Notes: generated by a model not told the origin, from the letters alone. A stretch of 64,000 nt of DNA from an uncultured Bacillota bacterium (GCA_947165005.1 CAMUYN010000003.1:25584-89583); one strand, 5' to 3'. Shown: positions 30,223 through 40,103, counted from the stretch's first letter. A program made the numbers and translations.

Positions 30223-31086
30223 TTAATTCTTTTCTTCATTTTTAAACTTTAATTTTCTTTCTATAGTAAATGGGCTAGTATATTTAATAATTGTATCTGG
30301 ATAACCATTTTCAAATATATAATAATCTTCAGATTCATTTTTCCACTTTATTTCTTCGCCAAAAATAATATTATATGCATTATTAATTTCTTCACTTGTA
30401 ATTGTTATTTTTTTATTTAAAAAAATATCTTCCCTTTTAGTATTATTTAAGAAACAAACAAGAGGTTTCTTTTCAGTAATATTTGATATATCATATAATA
30501 ATACTTCATTATCTCTTCCATGTGGATAAACAAAGTTAAATGCATGATATTTATTATTTGATTCACCCACTATTATATAATCAGATTCAATCCCTAGAAA
30601 TTTATACATATTTTGTATTACACCAGCTACTTCAACACACATAGCAGATTTATTTTTATGGAACATTTCAATTGAAATAGATTTATTCATTGTTGCTGAA
30701 TATTCATGATAAATATTATTTCTAGTTTTATCTAAATGATTATATTTTCTTTCTAAACTATCTAAACCTAAATACTTTCTAGTGGCAATATTTACTGCAA
30801 TATATATATTATCTTTATTAATTACTTCATTTATTAAGTATTTATATATTTCTTTATCATCAAATATAACACTTCCATAGATAGTTTCTATATAATCTTT
30901 TACAGGAATATATTCACAAGTTACATTTACTTTTATTTTTTCATCTAATAACCCATCATAAAATACATTTTCTGTATTCAAACCTATTTCTTTTTCTTCC
31001 TTATTTTTTATCATAGATAATCTACTATTAATAAAATCAATTATTTCTTCATTTTTCAAATTTTTAACTAATTTAATATAATTCAT
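30223..31086 (-). CDS. Hypothetical protein, possible transglutaminase-like cysteine-protease fold
   Basis: Cys (SAMCVEVAG), His (KYHAFNFVY) and Asp (LLYD) occur in the transglutaminase-like order and spacing. Confidence 0.35.
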   Translation of the reverse strand: MNYIKLVKNLKNEEIIDFINSRLSMIKNKEEKEIGLNTENVFYDGLLDEKIKVNVTCEYIPVKDYIETIYGSVIFDDKEIYKYLINEVINKDNIYIAVNIATRKYLGLDSLERKYNHLDKTRNNIYHEYSATMNKSISIEMFHKNKSAMCVEVAGVIQNMYKFLGIESDYIIVGESNNKYHAFNFVYPHGRDNEVLLYDISNITEKKPLVCFLNNTKREDIFLNKKITITSEEINNAYNIIFGEEIKWKNESEDYYIFENGYPDTIIKYTSPFTIERKLKFKNEEKN

Positions 31087-31157
31087 ACAAACCCTCTTTT
31101 TTTGTATGAACTATGATACCAAAAAAAATATAAAAAGTAAATAAGAAAGTGAAAAGG

Positions 31158-32981
31158 TTATTCCTTTTCACTTCTTATTTTTGCATCATATTTTTTTCTT
31201 TCTTCAGTATTAAGAATCTTTTTTCTTAATCTAAAGTTAATTGGTGTTACTTCTACTAACTCATCATTATTAATATATTCAAGTGCAGTTTCTAGAGTAA
31301 GTAATTTAGTTTTCTTAAGAACTACAGTATGATCTTTACCAGCACTTCTTGTATTAGTTAATTGTTTTCCTTTAACAACATTTACTGCAAGATCTCCTTC
31401 TTTATTAGATTCTCCTACTATCATACCTTCATAAACGTCTACACCTGGTTCAATAAACATAACACCTCTATCTTCAAGTCCACCAAGAGCATAGGCAGTA
31501 GATTTACCATTTTCCATAGAAACTAGTACTCCTACTTTTCTTTCTCCTACATCAGCTTGGTTTCTTGGAAGATATTCTCTAAATGTATGGTTAAGTACGC
31601 CATAACCTTTAGTCATAGTCATGAAATCAGTTGTAAATCCAATTAGTCCTCTACTTGGAACAATATAATGAAGTTTAACTATACCAGGTAGATTACTCAT
31701 ATTTTCCATAGTACCACCTCTAACACCTAAGGCTTCAATTACTGGACCTACAGTGTCTTCTGGTGCTTCTATTTCAACATCTTCATATGGTTCACATATT
31801 TCACCATTAATTTCTTTTAAAATAACTTTTGGTTTAGATACTTCAAGTTCGAATCCTTCTCTTCTCATATTTTCAATTAATATAGATAAGTGAAGTTCTC
31901 CTCTACCAGAAACTAGAAAACTATCTCTACCATTTTCTTCAACTTTTAGGGCAACATCTGCTTCAGCTTGTTTTCTTAGTCTTTCTTCAATCTTAGAAGC
32001 AGTAACTAATTTACCTTCTTTACCAACAAATGGTGAAGAGTTAGCTGCAAATGTCATTTGAAGTGTTGGTTCATCTATTCTAAGTTTTGGTAAAGCTTCT
32101 TCTTTGTCTTCTTCACAAATAGTTTCACCAACTTCTATATCAGGAAGTCCTGATACAGCAATTACATCTCCTGCATGTGCTTCTTCAACTTCTAATCTTT
32201 TTATACCAAAATATCCAAATAATTTTTGTACTCTAAATTTTTTAATACTTCCATCTAATCTTACACATGAAACCATTTGATTTACTTTAATTGTTCCATT
32301 AACTACAGTACCAATACCAATTCTCCCTACATATTCATTATAATCTAGTAATGCTGGTTGAAATTGTAATGGTTTATTTTTGTCACCTTTTGGTCCTGGT
32401 ATTTGATTAACAATTAAATCAAATATTGGATCCATTGTATGTTCTTGTGTAGTTATATCATCACTAAGTGATGTAGTTCCATTGATTGCAGAAGCATAAA
32501 CAACTGGGAAGTCTAATTGTTCATCAGTTGCACCAAGTTCAATAAATAGTTCTAATACTTCATCAATAACTTCTCTAACTCTTGCGGTAGGTTTATCTAC
32601 TTTATTAACTACTACTATAGGTTTTAAATCTGCATTTAAAGCTTTCTTTAAAACGAATTTAGTTTGTGGCATAACACCTTCATAAGCATCAACTAATAAA
32701 AGTACACCATCAACCATGTGCATTATTCTTTCTACTTCTCCACCAAAATCAGCATGTCCTGGAGTATCTAGAATATTAATCTTATAATCTTTATAGATAA
32801 TTGATGTTGGTTTAGCAAGAATAGTAATTCCTCTTTCTCTTTCAATATCATTAGAGTCCATTACTCTTTCAGCAACTTGTTCATTATCTCTAAATGTATT
32901 AGATTGCTTTAATAATTGATCTACTAAAGTTGTTTTACCATGGTCAACGTGCGCAATTATTGCTATGTTCCTTATATTCAT
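31158..32981 (-). CDS. typA: Translational GTPase TypA/BipA
   Basis: AHVDHGKTTL, DTPGHADF and NKVD GTPase motifs; 607 aa, the length and domain order of BipA. Confidence 0.9.
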   Translation of the reverse strand: MNIRNIAIIAHVDHGKTTLVDQLLKQSNTFRDNEQVAERVMDSNDIERERGITILAKPTSIIYKDYKINILDTPGHADFGGEVERIMHMVDGVLLLVDAYEGVMPQTKFVLKKALNADLKPIVVVNKVDKPTARVREVIDEVLELFIELGATDEQLDFPVVYASAINGTTSLSDDITTQEHTMDPIFDLIVNQIPGPKGDKNKPLQFQPALLDYNEYVGRIGIGTVVNGTIKVNQMVSCVRLDGSIKKFRVQKLFGYFGIKRLEVEEAHAGDVIAVSGLPDIEVGETICEEDKEEALPKLRIDEPTLQMTFAANSSPFVGKEGKLVTASKIEERLRKQAEADVALKVEENGRDSFLVSGRGELHLSILIENMRREGFELEVSKPKVILKEINGEICEPYEDVEIEAPEDTVGPVIEALGVRGGTMENMSNLPGIVKLHYIVPSRGLIGFTTDFMTMTKGYGVLNHTFREYLPRNQADVGERKVGVLVSMENGKSTAYALGGLEDRGVMFIEPGVDVYEGMIVGESNKEGDLAVNVVKGKQLTNTRSAGKDHTVVLKKTKLLTLETALEYINNDELVEVTPINFRLRKKILNTEERKKYDAKIRSEKE

Positions 32982-33121
32982 AAAATCATCCCTTTTTTTA
33001 TTAACTTTTTAAGTTTACCACAAAATTATTATAAATACAACTTTTTTTAACATTTTTATACATCTTAAACCTAGTAAAAATTATATAAAAAAACTATATT
33101 TTGTGTTATTATATAAATGAA

Positions 33122-33317
33122 GGGACATTCAATTATAAGAGTGTCATCCTTTAATTGGGTAATGATACTCTTTAGAGTATCATTTTTTTATTACTATTAC
33201 CAGTAAGGTAAGGATAATATGAATGAAATATACTTAAGAAGCTTAATTATATAAACTCTTTTATTCATTTCACCACCTACTTCCTAAAAAAGAGGATGAT
33301 ACTCTAATTAAATGTCC
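33122..33317 (+). mobile_element. MITE-like non-autonomous element (~196 bp) with 28-bp imperfect terminal inverted repeats
   Basis: Left repeat GGGACATTCAATTATAAGAGTGTCATCC at 33122-33149. Right repeat (reverse complement of 33291-33317) GGGACATTTAATTAGAGTATCATCC. No ORF inside; there is an internal palindrome GATACTCTTTAGAGTATC. Partial second copy at 23184-23252. Confidence 0.55.
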
Positions 33318-33401
33318 CAATTATAATATTCGCAGTAAATATAGCAAATTCCCCCTATTTTTTGTTATTTTTTTATAGTATAATTTTATTAGGTGATAAT
33401 T

Positions 33402-34427
33402 ATGAAAAAAATATCAATAAATATGTTATCTTCAGCCGATAAAGTTAAAGGTCAAGGAGTTGGTTCTGCATACTTAGAACTAATAAAATTATTAAGAGAA
33501 GATGGAAAAGAATACTTTGATATATATATTAACAAAGGATCAAAATATGATATATTACATGCACATACAATAGATCCGATAAATTATATTAAATTAAAAT
33601 TTACTAAAGGGAAAAAAGTTATATATGTACACTTCTTACCAACAACATTAGATGGATCTATTAAACTTCCTAAATTATTTTTTAACATATTTAAATGGTA
33701 TGTAATCAAATTTTATAAACTAGCAGATAAATTAGTAGTAGTTAATCCAATATTTATCAAAGAAATGATAGAAAATGGATTAGATAAAGACAAAATAGTA
33801 TATATTCCTAACTTTGTATCAAAGGAAGAATTCTATAGTCTAGATAATAAAGAAAAAATAAATATAAGAAAAAAATATGGTTATACTGAAAAAGATTTCA
33901 TAGTTATGGGTGCTGGTCAAGTACAAACAAGAAAAGGTGTTATGGATTTTGTTGAAGTAGCAAAAAAAATGCCAGATATAAAATTTATCTGGGCTGGTGG
34001 ATTTAGTTTTGGAGCTATTACTGATGGACATGAAGAATTAAAAAAAGTTATGGATAATCCACCAGAAAACGTTAATTTTTTAGGAATAGTTGAAAGAAAA
34101 AATATGAATGAATTATATAATATGTCTAATGTATTATTTGTTCCTTCCTACAACGAATTATTCCCAATGACAATATTAGAAAGTACAAATTGTCATGTGC
34201 CTTTATTACTAAGAAATTTAGATTTATATGAAGACATATTATTTAAAAAATATTTAAAAGGAAATAATAATAATGATTTTATAAAAGAATTAACTAAATT
34301 AAAAAACGATAAAAAAATATATAAAGAACAAATCAAAAATTCTAAATATATTAGTGATTTCTATACTAAAGATCATGTTCTTGAAATGTGGATAGATTTT
34401 TATACAAGCATAATAAAAGAGGATTAA
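33402..34427 (+). CDS. Glycosyltransferase family 4 (GT-B fold; diacylglycerol glucosyltransferase-like)
   Basis: C-terminal half carries the GT4 nucleotide-binding region (...FVPSYNELFPMTILEST...). AGGTGA RBS before the ATG at 33402; the ORF track's earlier start at 33393 lacks an RBS. Confidence 0.65.
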   Translation: MKKISINMLSSADKVKGQGVGSAYLELIKLLREDGKEYFDIYINKGSKYDILHAHTIDPINYIKLKFTKGKKVIYVHFLPTTLDGSIKLPKLFFNIFKWYVIKFYKLADKLVVVNPIFIKEMIENGLDKDKIVYIPNFVSKEEFYSLDNKEKINIRKKYGYTEKDFIVMGAGQVQTRKGVMDFVEVAKKMPDIKFIWAGGFSFGAITDGHEELKKVMDNPPENVNFLGIVERKNMNELYNMSNVLFVPSYNELFPMTILESTNCHVPLLLRNLDLYEDILFKKYLKGNNNNDFIKELTKLKNDKKIYKEQIKNSKYISDFYTKDHVLEMWIDFYTSIIKED

Positions 34428-35566
34428 TTTAAATCCTCTTTCTTTTGTTCTTTTTCAGCCTTTTTTTCAGCTTCTTCTTTTTCTAGATAAGCTCTAGAAA
34501 TAGTTAATTTATATAATGTATCTTGTTTTAATATTATAAAATAACTCTTTTCATCAGGTATTACTTCATAATATATAATTGGTTCTTTTGTAAGTTCATT
34601 AACATCTAATAATTCTTCAACAGACATAACTCTAACTTTATTTTTATAAATAGATTCATCAATACTTGGTTGACTACTAGTTATTATTAGACGATCATAA
34701 TTCTTTAAAATACCATCTACTGTTCTTCTATAAATATCATTTTTCTTTCTAGTTAATAATAATACTAGCGCAAATAATATTACTGATATAGAACAAAGTA
34801 CTATACCTAGATAAAATAGACTCTTATGAGCAATAATATTTTCATCAATAGGAATATTAAAGTTATTTGCAAGTTCACTAGTATTAATAGAAATATCTAC
34901 TGTATTCTTTGTTAAAGGGATTGTCATTGTTAAAGTACTAGATTTAGCAGGTATTTCTTTACTTCCATAAGATGCTTTACGATAAATATTCATTGTTAAT
35001 ATTACACTACTATCTACATCTAATGAATACTTTTCTTTAAATGAACTAACATATGAATTATATTTTCCATAATCAATAGTTACGCTTTCATTAATATCAA
35101 ATCCACTATCTTTTCCTTCTTCTTTCTTAGTATCGATTAATACTTCGTCTTTAGAATAAAGAATCTTTGAACTATCATTCTTATCTGTTACTAATGTTTT
35201 ACAATCTACTGAATATTCATATTCATAATCTACTATATTAGAAAATTTATTTTCATAGATAAAATTTACATCAAATGTATTTATTAAACTAGCTATATAG
35301 TTATTTGCTTCACTATCGCCTTTTCTTAAGAATTTGTTAGAGTAAAAATCATTATCTTTTAAATGTACAGTATAATCTACAGTACCATTTTCACTATTAG
35401 CAATTGCAGTAATCTTTCCAATAGATGCAAAGATTAATACTCCACCTAATAATAATAAAACTAATAGTCCTATGAATATATAGTTTTTAGCCCTTTTTTT
35501 ACTTGACAAATCTTTTATATAATATAATTTGCCTTTATCCTTATTTTCATATTTTATTTCTTTCAT
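34424..35566 (-). CDS. Bitopic membrane protein, possible accessory or anchor protein of the TasA-like fibre locus
   Basis: TM helix at aa ~30-50, a second hydrophobic segment near aa 250-275, and a charged C-terminal coiled-coil tail. Overlaps the sipW-like gene by 4 nt. Confidence 0.45.
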   Translation of the reverse strand: MKEIKYENKDKGKLYYIKDLSSKKRAKNYIFIGLLVLLLLGGVLIFASIGKITAIANSENGTVDYTVHLKDNDFYSNKFLRKGDSEANNYIASLINTFDVNFIYENKFSNIVDYEYEYSVDCKTLVTDKNDSSKILYSKDEVLIDTKKEEGKDSGFDINESVTIDYGKYNSYVSSFKEKYSLDVDSSVILTMNIYRKASYGSKEIPAKSSTLTMTIPLTKNTVDISINTSELANNFNIPIDENIIAHKSLFYLGIVLCSISVILFALVLLLTRKKNDIYRRTVDGILKNYDRLIITSSQPSIDESIYKNKVRVMSVEELLDVNELTKEPIIYYEVIPDEKSYFIILKQDTLYKLTISRAYLEKEEAEKKAEKEQKKEDLN

Positions 35567-36717
35567 TTTAATTTACTCCCTTCAACAAATTCATATAACC
35601 ATATAGATGGTAATCCAACTAAAGGTATTTTATGATTAGTAATACCAACTATATTTCCTTTTGTTACTACCCAATTATCTTCATCTTTGTTATTATCACC
35701 TTTTGTTTTATAAATAGTATCTCCATTCTTATCTTTAGATATTTGTGATACCCTGTGGACAATAATCTTATTTTGCATTCTAAATACTAATATTGAACCA
35801 ACTTTAATTTGCTTCAATTCATCCTCATTTAATTTCTTTACTATAACTACATCTCCAACAAACAATTCCTTTTCCATTGATCCAGAACCAATTGTTAAGA
35901 AGAAATATTTAAATATTCCACTAGTTAATGCTATTAAAACAAGTAGGAATGCTATTAATGTTATACTTACTATTCTATTCGTTTGCTTCTTCATAAAAGT
36001 ATCAACTTTGATATTTTCTCTGAGTAATTTTCTAGTAACAAAATAAATAATAACCGGATATACTAAGGCAATTACTGCTTGTAAATATTTATTAAAATCT
36101 GGAATAATTGGAATAATGAATACTAATAGTGATGTTATGCATAAATAAATAATATTTGCAAGTATACCAAATCTTTTCATCCAATAAGTTAATAATAAAT
36201 TCTTAGATATACTTGGAATCAATATTAAACATATTGCTTCTAATGCTACTCTAGAATTAGTTATATCATATTTAAATATATTTGCTGAAGTATCAATTAA
36301 TACAAATACTATAAAAGTTAAAACAAAGAATACTTTTCTCTTTTCACCTTTTATTAAGAATTCATGCCTTAATACTTCTCCAGTAGTTATTATCATAGCA
36401 AATGGCAAAATATTCATTAATAATGTCATTAAATTTAAACTATATCCACTTTTTAAGAAACCAATAAAAATACCTGCAACATATATAAATATTTCATATA
36501 TCAAACTAAATATAATTGCAACTAAGATTCCATCTTTTTTAAATCTATGTCTATCTTCTTCATAACCTAGGACTAATGTGGAAATAAAAAACATAACTAT
36601 TATTGCCATAGCAATAATATAGTTATCCGCTTCTAAGAATAATAAATTTACTAAAAACAACACTATCATGAATATTTCTAAAATCAAAAGTTTTTTTTCT
36701 GATTTTTTGAATTTCAT
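35563..36717 (-). CDS. sipW: SipW-type (archaeal/ER-type) signal peptidase I fused to an N-terminal ~270-aa polytopic membrane domain
   Basis: C-terminal TIGSGSMEKELFVGDVVIVKK...ILVFRMQNKIIVHRVSQ...YKTKGDNNKDED matches the SGSMEP...GD...HRV...TKGDNN signature of SipW-class peptidases. Preceded by ~8 predicted TM helices. Confidence 0.7.
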   Translation of the reverse strand: MKFKKSEKKLLILEIFMIVLFLVNLLFLEADNYIIAMAIIVMFFISTLVLGYEEDRHRFKKDGILVAIIFSLIYEIFIYVAGIFIGFLKSGYSLNLMTLLMNILPFAMIITTGEVLRHEFLIKGEKRKVFFVLTFIVFVLIDTSANIFKYDITNSRVALEAICLILIPSISKNLLLTYWMKRFGILANIIYLCITSLLVFIIPIIPDFNKYLQAVIALVYPVIIYFVTRKLLRENIKVDTFMKKQTNRIVSITLIAFLLVLIALTSGIFKYFFLTIGSGSMEKELFVGDVVIVKKLNEDELKQIKVGSILVFRMQNKIIVHRVSQISKDKNGDTIYKTKGDNNKDEDNWVVTKGNIVGITNHKIPLVGLPSIWLYEFVEGSKLK

Positions 36718-36823
36718 ATGCTTTCTCCCTTATTCTATCCTATTTATAATTATATAATATATAATTATTAAAAGTCAATGAAATAAGTCTTATTTACAAA
36801 AAAATTAAGGTTTTTCCTTAATT

Positions 36824-37444
36824 TTATTGTTGTGTATATGTAATTGAAATTGTATCTGGATTAACAGTTACAGGTGCATTTGGTAATTGTGATGCTGTCA
36901 TGTTCTTATCTAATACTGCTACTACCCAAACTTGTTTACTTGCACCAGCAGCTAATGTATCATCAGCAGCAAGTCTAGTTGTTCCTGCTGCGTTAGTGTA
37001 AATACCATATGTAATTTTTCCACATACAGTAGTTTCTGATGATCCACCCTTTGTACAAGAAATATCTGGTACATTGATACTTGTTATTTTAGCAGCATAA
37101 CTACCTGCATTACGGATATAGAATGTATATGTTATTCTATCTCCTGGTGTTTTAAATGTTCCATCCCAAGTAAAACTATCAGTTTTTAATGTTCCTGTTC
37201 CTGTAGCTGTTACAGTTAAACTGTTATCATTTGATAATGTTGGTGTTATAGATACACCTGATGTTCCTGCTGCATTTCCTCCATTTGTTGATGTAAAAAA
37301 TATGTTCCAATTTGATGCTTGTACTTCCGCAGTACCGTTAATATTTAATGTTGCACTAAATGTAGCAAATGCTACTCCTATACTTACTACAGCAAGCACA
37401 AGTGCAATTACTATAGAAATTGTTGTTCCTTTTCTTCTACCCAT
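36824..37444 (-). CDS. TasA/camelysin-like secreted protein, SipW-cognate signal peptide class (paralog 1)
   Basis: N-terminus MGRRKGTTISIVIALVLAVVSIGVAFATFSATLNINGTAEV matches the SipW-cognate pattern (GxAFAxFS). Conserved WNIFF, TPGDRITYTFYIRNAG, C...C and YGIYT blocks are shared with the four other paralogs. Confidence 0.55.
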   Translation of the reverse strand: MGRRKGTTISIVIALVLAVVSIGVAFATFSATLNINGTAEVQASNWNIFFTSTNGGNAAGTSGVSITPTLSNDNSLTVTATGTGTLKTDSFTWDGTFKTPGDRITYTFYIRNAGSYAAKITSINVPDISCTKGGSSETTVCGKITYGIYTNAAGTTRLAADDTLAAGASKQVWVVAVLDKNMTASQLPNAPVTVNPDTISITYTQQ

Positions 37445-37458
37445 ATATTTCTCCTATA

Positions 37459-38082
37459 TTAATTTTGATCGTAATAAACTGAAACTGCTGGTGCAGTTAC
37501 TGTTACTGCTTGAGTTGGTAAATCTGATCCATTTGTTGCAAAGTTATCTAGTAACATAACTTTAACCCAATATTGTGCAGAACTATTAGAATTTAATGGG
37601 TCGTCAGCAGTTACTGCTTGAGTACATGCTTCATTCTTATATATACCATATGTAACATGTGAATTACAGAATGTCTGTGCACTTGTTGTATCAGCATATG
37701 TACATGTTACATTTGGTGATAATGTTGAACGAACTTTTGCATTAAATGATCCTGTATTTCTTGCATAGAAAGTATAAATTACATAATCTCCTGGCGCAGT
37801 TAATGTTGCCGCCCATGAAAAATTATCTGCAGATAAACTTGCTAATGTTGATGATGCAGATCCATGTTCTGTGATATTTGCTGCTGGTAATGTCCCTGCT
37901 GATGATGGTTTTGACCCATTTGATGCACTTGCAAAGAATATATTCCAGCTAGATTGCTGTACTGTTGCAGTACCGTTAATATTTAACTGTGTACTAAATG
38001 CCGCAAACGCTACCCCCAAACTTATTACCGCTAATATTAGTGCTACTACTATAGCTACTATTGTTCCTCTCTTTTTTTCCAT
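37459..38082 (-). CDS. TasA/camelysin-like secreted protein (paralog 2)
   Basis: Same signal-peptide class and conserved blocks (TAPGDYVIYTFYARNTG). Own promoter TTGACA-17-TATATT at ~38095-38125. Confidence 0.55.
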   Translation of the reverse strand: MEKKRGTIVAIVVALILAVISLGVAFAAFSTQLNINGTATVQQSSWNIFFASASNGSKPSSAGTLPAANITEHGSASSTLASLSADNFSWAATLTAPGDYVIYTFYARNTGSFNAKVRSTLSPNVTCTYADTTSAQTFCNSHVTYGIYKNEACTQAVTADDPLNSNSSAQYWVKVMLLDNFATNGSDLPTQAVTVTAPAVSVYYDQN

Positions 38083-38193
38083 ATTATATTTCCTCCTATT
38101 TTAAATATACTCGCACTACTTATTATTGTCAACCAAAAATGTTTATAAAGTGTAAACCACAAAAAAAAAGCATCATAAATGATGCTTTTATAA

Positions 38194-38847
38194 TTAATTT
38201 TGACCAAATGATACAGTTGCTGATATTTGATTAGTTTTTACTGTTTCTGTTGGTAAATCTGAACCGTCTTGAGCCCAGTTTGTATCAAGCCATGCTATTA
38301 AATAATAAGCTTTAGTTGTTCCTGCAGGAATAGTTTGATCTACTGCTACAGCACTAGAACCAGCAGTATCATTATATAATCCATAATGAATATGTCCACA
38401 TACTCTTGTTTCAGCCTCTTGTTGTGCAGTACCTGTTTTTATTGTACATGTTGGAATTGGCATATTAACATCAGTTACTTTTGCGTTAAAAGTACCACCA
38501 TTTTTTACATATACAGTATACATTACTCTATCACCAGGTGTTCTAAAAATAGCATCCCAAGTAAGTGTAGTTGCAACCATACTACCAGTTGCAGTAACAG
38601 TTGGTGTTACATTAGGATCAATATTTGATATTTGAATATTTCCTGATGGAATAGTTGTACTTTCTGATGGTTTTTCCCCATCATTAGCTGTTGTAAAATA
38701 CATATCCCATTTTATAGTATCTACTGTTGCAGTACCATTGATATTTAACGTTCCTGAAAATACAGCAAATGCTACTCCTAAACTTATTATAGATAATACT
38801 ACTGTTATAATAATCGCAATAACTTGTCTCTTTTTTTCTTTTTCCAT
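38194..38847 (-). CDS. TasA/camelysin-like secreted protein (paralog 3)
   Basis: Same family (TPGDRVMYTVYVKNGG). Own promoter TTGACT-17-TATATT and terminator hairpin at ~38150-38180. Confidence 0.55.
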   Translation of the reverse strand: MEKEKKRQVIAIIITVVLSIISLGVAFAVFSGTLNINGTATVDTIKWDMYFTTANDGEKPSESTTIPSGNIQISNIDPNVTPTVTATGSMVATTLTWDAIFRTPGDRVMYTVYVKNGGTFNAKVTDVNMPIPTCTIKTGTAQQEAETRVCGHIHYGLYNDTAGSSAVAVDQTIPAGTTKAYYLIAWLDTNWAQDGSDLPTETVKTNQISATVSFGQN

Positions 38848-38958
38848 ATATTTCTCCTATTCTTCTATAATATAAATATACTTTTATCATAAAAAAAAGT
38901 CAATATTTATTAGAAAGAAAAAACATCGTTTACACGATGTTTAAATCATATTAATATA

Positions 38959-39657
38959 TTAGTTGTTGCTAACAGCACTACTAGATTGTGTATATGCAAG
39001 TGTTGTTGTAATTGTTGCTGTTGTAACATCTACTGGTGCTAAACTTTGACCATCATTTCCACCATAACTATTATCTAACCAAGCAACTAGATAATATTGA
39101 TTAGATGAATGAGCATTTAAAGATGTACCTGTTTGTAATGGTGTTGTTCCTGCTGAATCTGTGTATATTCCATAATGGATATGTGCACATACTGATTCTT
39201 CAGCGCCAGTTTGTCCACCTTCAGCTGTACAAGTGAAATTAGTTACTCCTACTTGAGTAAGACCTGAAGTTCCAGTTGAATCTAAAGTGGCATTAAAATC
39301 ACCATCATTAACAACATAGAATGCATAAGTCACTCTATCACCTGCTGTTTTAAATGAAGCACTCCATTCAATTGTAGTTGCTGATGTAATATTTCCAGTT
39401 CCACTTGCAGTAGTTGTAAATCCAGCCCCATTTGATGGTGTAATAGAAGCAATAGGTGTACTTGATGATGGTTTACTACTAGATTGTGAACTATATGCTG
39501 AATTTGAGAAATAAATATCCCATTTAGTTGCTTGAACTGTTGCAGTACCATTGATATTTAATGTTGTACTGAATGCAGCGAATGCAACACCTAAACTGAT
39601 TACAGCTATTACTAATGCAGCTACTACTGCTATAGTTACTCCTCTCTTTTTTTCCAT
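38959..39657 (-). CDS. TasA/camelysin-like secreted protein (paralog 4)
   Basis: Start trimmed to the Met preceded by GGAGGA (MEKKRGVTIAVVAALVIAVISLGVAFAAFSTT). Promoter TTGACA-17-TATACT at ~39690-39720; terminator hairpin at ~38905-38935. Confidence 0.55.
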   Translation of the reverse strand: MEKKRGVTIAVVAALVIAVISLGVAFAAFSTTLNINGTATVQATKWDIYFSNSAYSSQSSSKPSSSTPIASITPSNGAGFTTTASGTGNITSATTIEWSASFKTAGDRVTYAFYVVNDGDFNATLDSTGTSGLTQVGVTNFTCTAEGGQTGAEESVCAHIHYGIYTDSAGTTPLQTGTSLNAHSSNQYYLVAWLDNSYGGNDGQSLAPVDVTTATITTTLAYTQSSSAVSNN

Positions 39658-39731
39658 ATTTTTACTTCCTCCTCTATTATAAAGTATAGAACAATATAGA
39701 TATATTGTCAATTATTTTAAATAAAAAAATA

Positions 39732-40103
39732 TTATATTTTTTTATTTAAAATATGTATAGTTAATAATAATACTATAGTTGCTGATAATGATATTAAAAA
39801 GTAGTTAGTATTAGTCTTAATCATTTTCTTTTTTTCTTGTTTATCTAGCAAATAATTTTCTTTACATATCTTCTTTATATCATCATCATATTCTTTTTTA
39901 CCCTCTTGATCAGTACCTTCATATTCTAATTTATCTAAAGTGCATATTTCTTTAGAATAATCATCATATGATAATATTTCAGGGCCATTTATCATATTAA
40001 TACCGGTTGATATTACAACAATAATAGATATAATTGCTCCTACTATAAATATTGAATTTACAATTTTTAAAACTAAATCTTTTTCTTTTGCAAATAATTT
40101 CAT
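39732..40103 (-). CDS. Small two-TM membrane protein (123 aa)
   Basis: ORF with N- and C-terminal hydrophobic helices; between tyrS and the TasA-like array. Confidence 0.4.
   Translation of the reverse strand: MKLFAKEKDLVLKIVNSIFIVGAIISIIVVISTGINMINGPEILSYDDYSKEICTLDKLEYEGTDQEGKKEYDDDIKKICKENYLLDKQEKKKMIKTNTNYFLISLSATIVLLLTIHILNKKI

Noticed and set aside
33285-33400. Strong sigma-A promoter for the GT4 glycosyltransferase inside or after the MITE
   Set aside because: The TTGTTA / TATAAT hexamers are only 11 bp apart, and alternative -35 elements are poor. I cannot support a confident promoter call from sequence alone.
37302-39551. ORFs overlapping the TasA-like genes (37302-37559, 37871-38104, 38386-38628, 38684-38890, 39330-39551)
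   Set aside because: They are alternative-frame or antisense translations of the paralog genes. The conserved family signal is in the annotated minus-strand frames.
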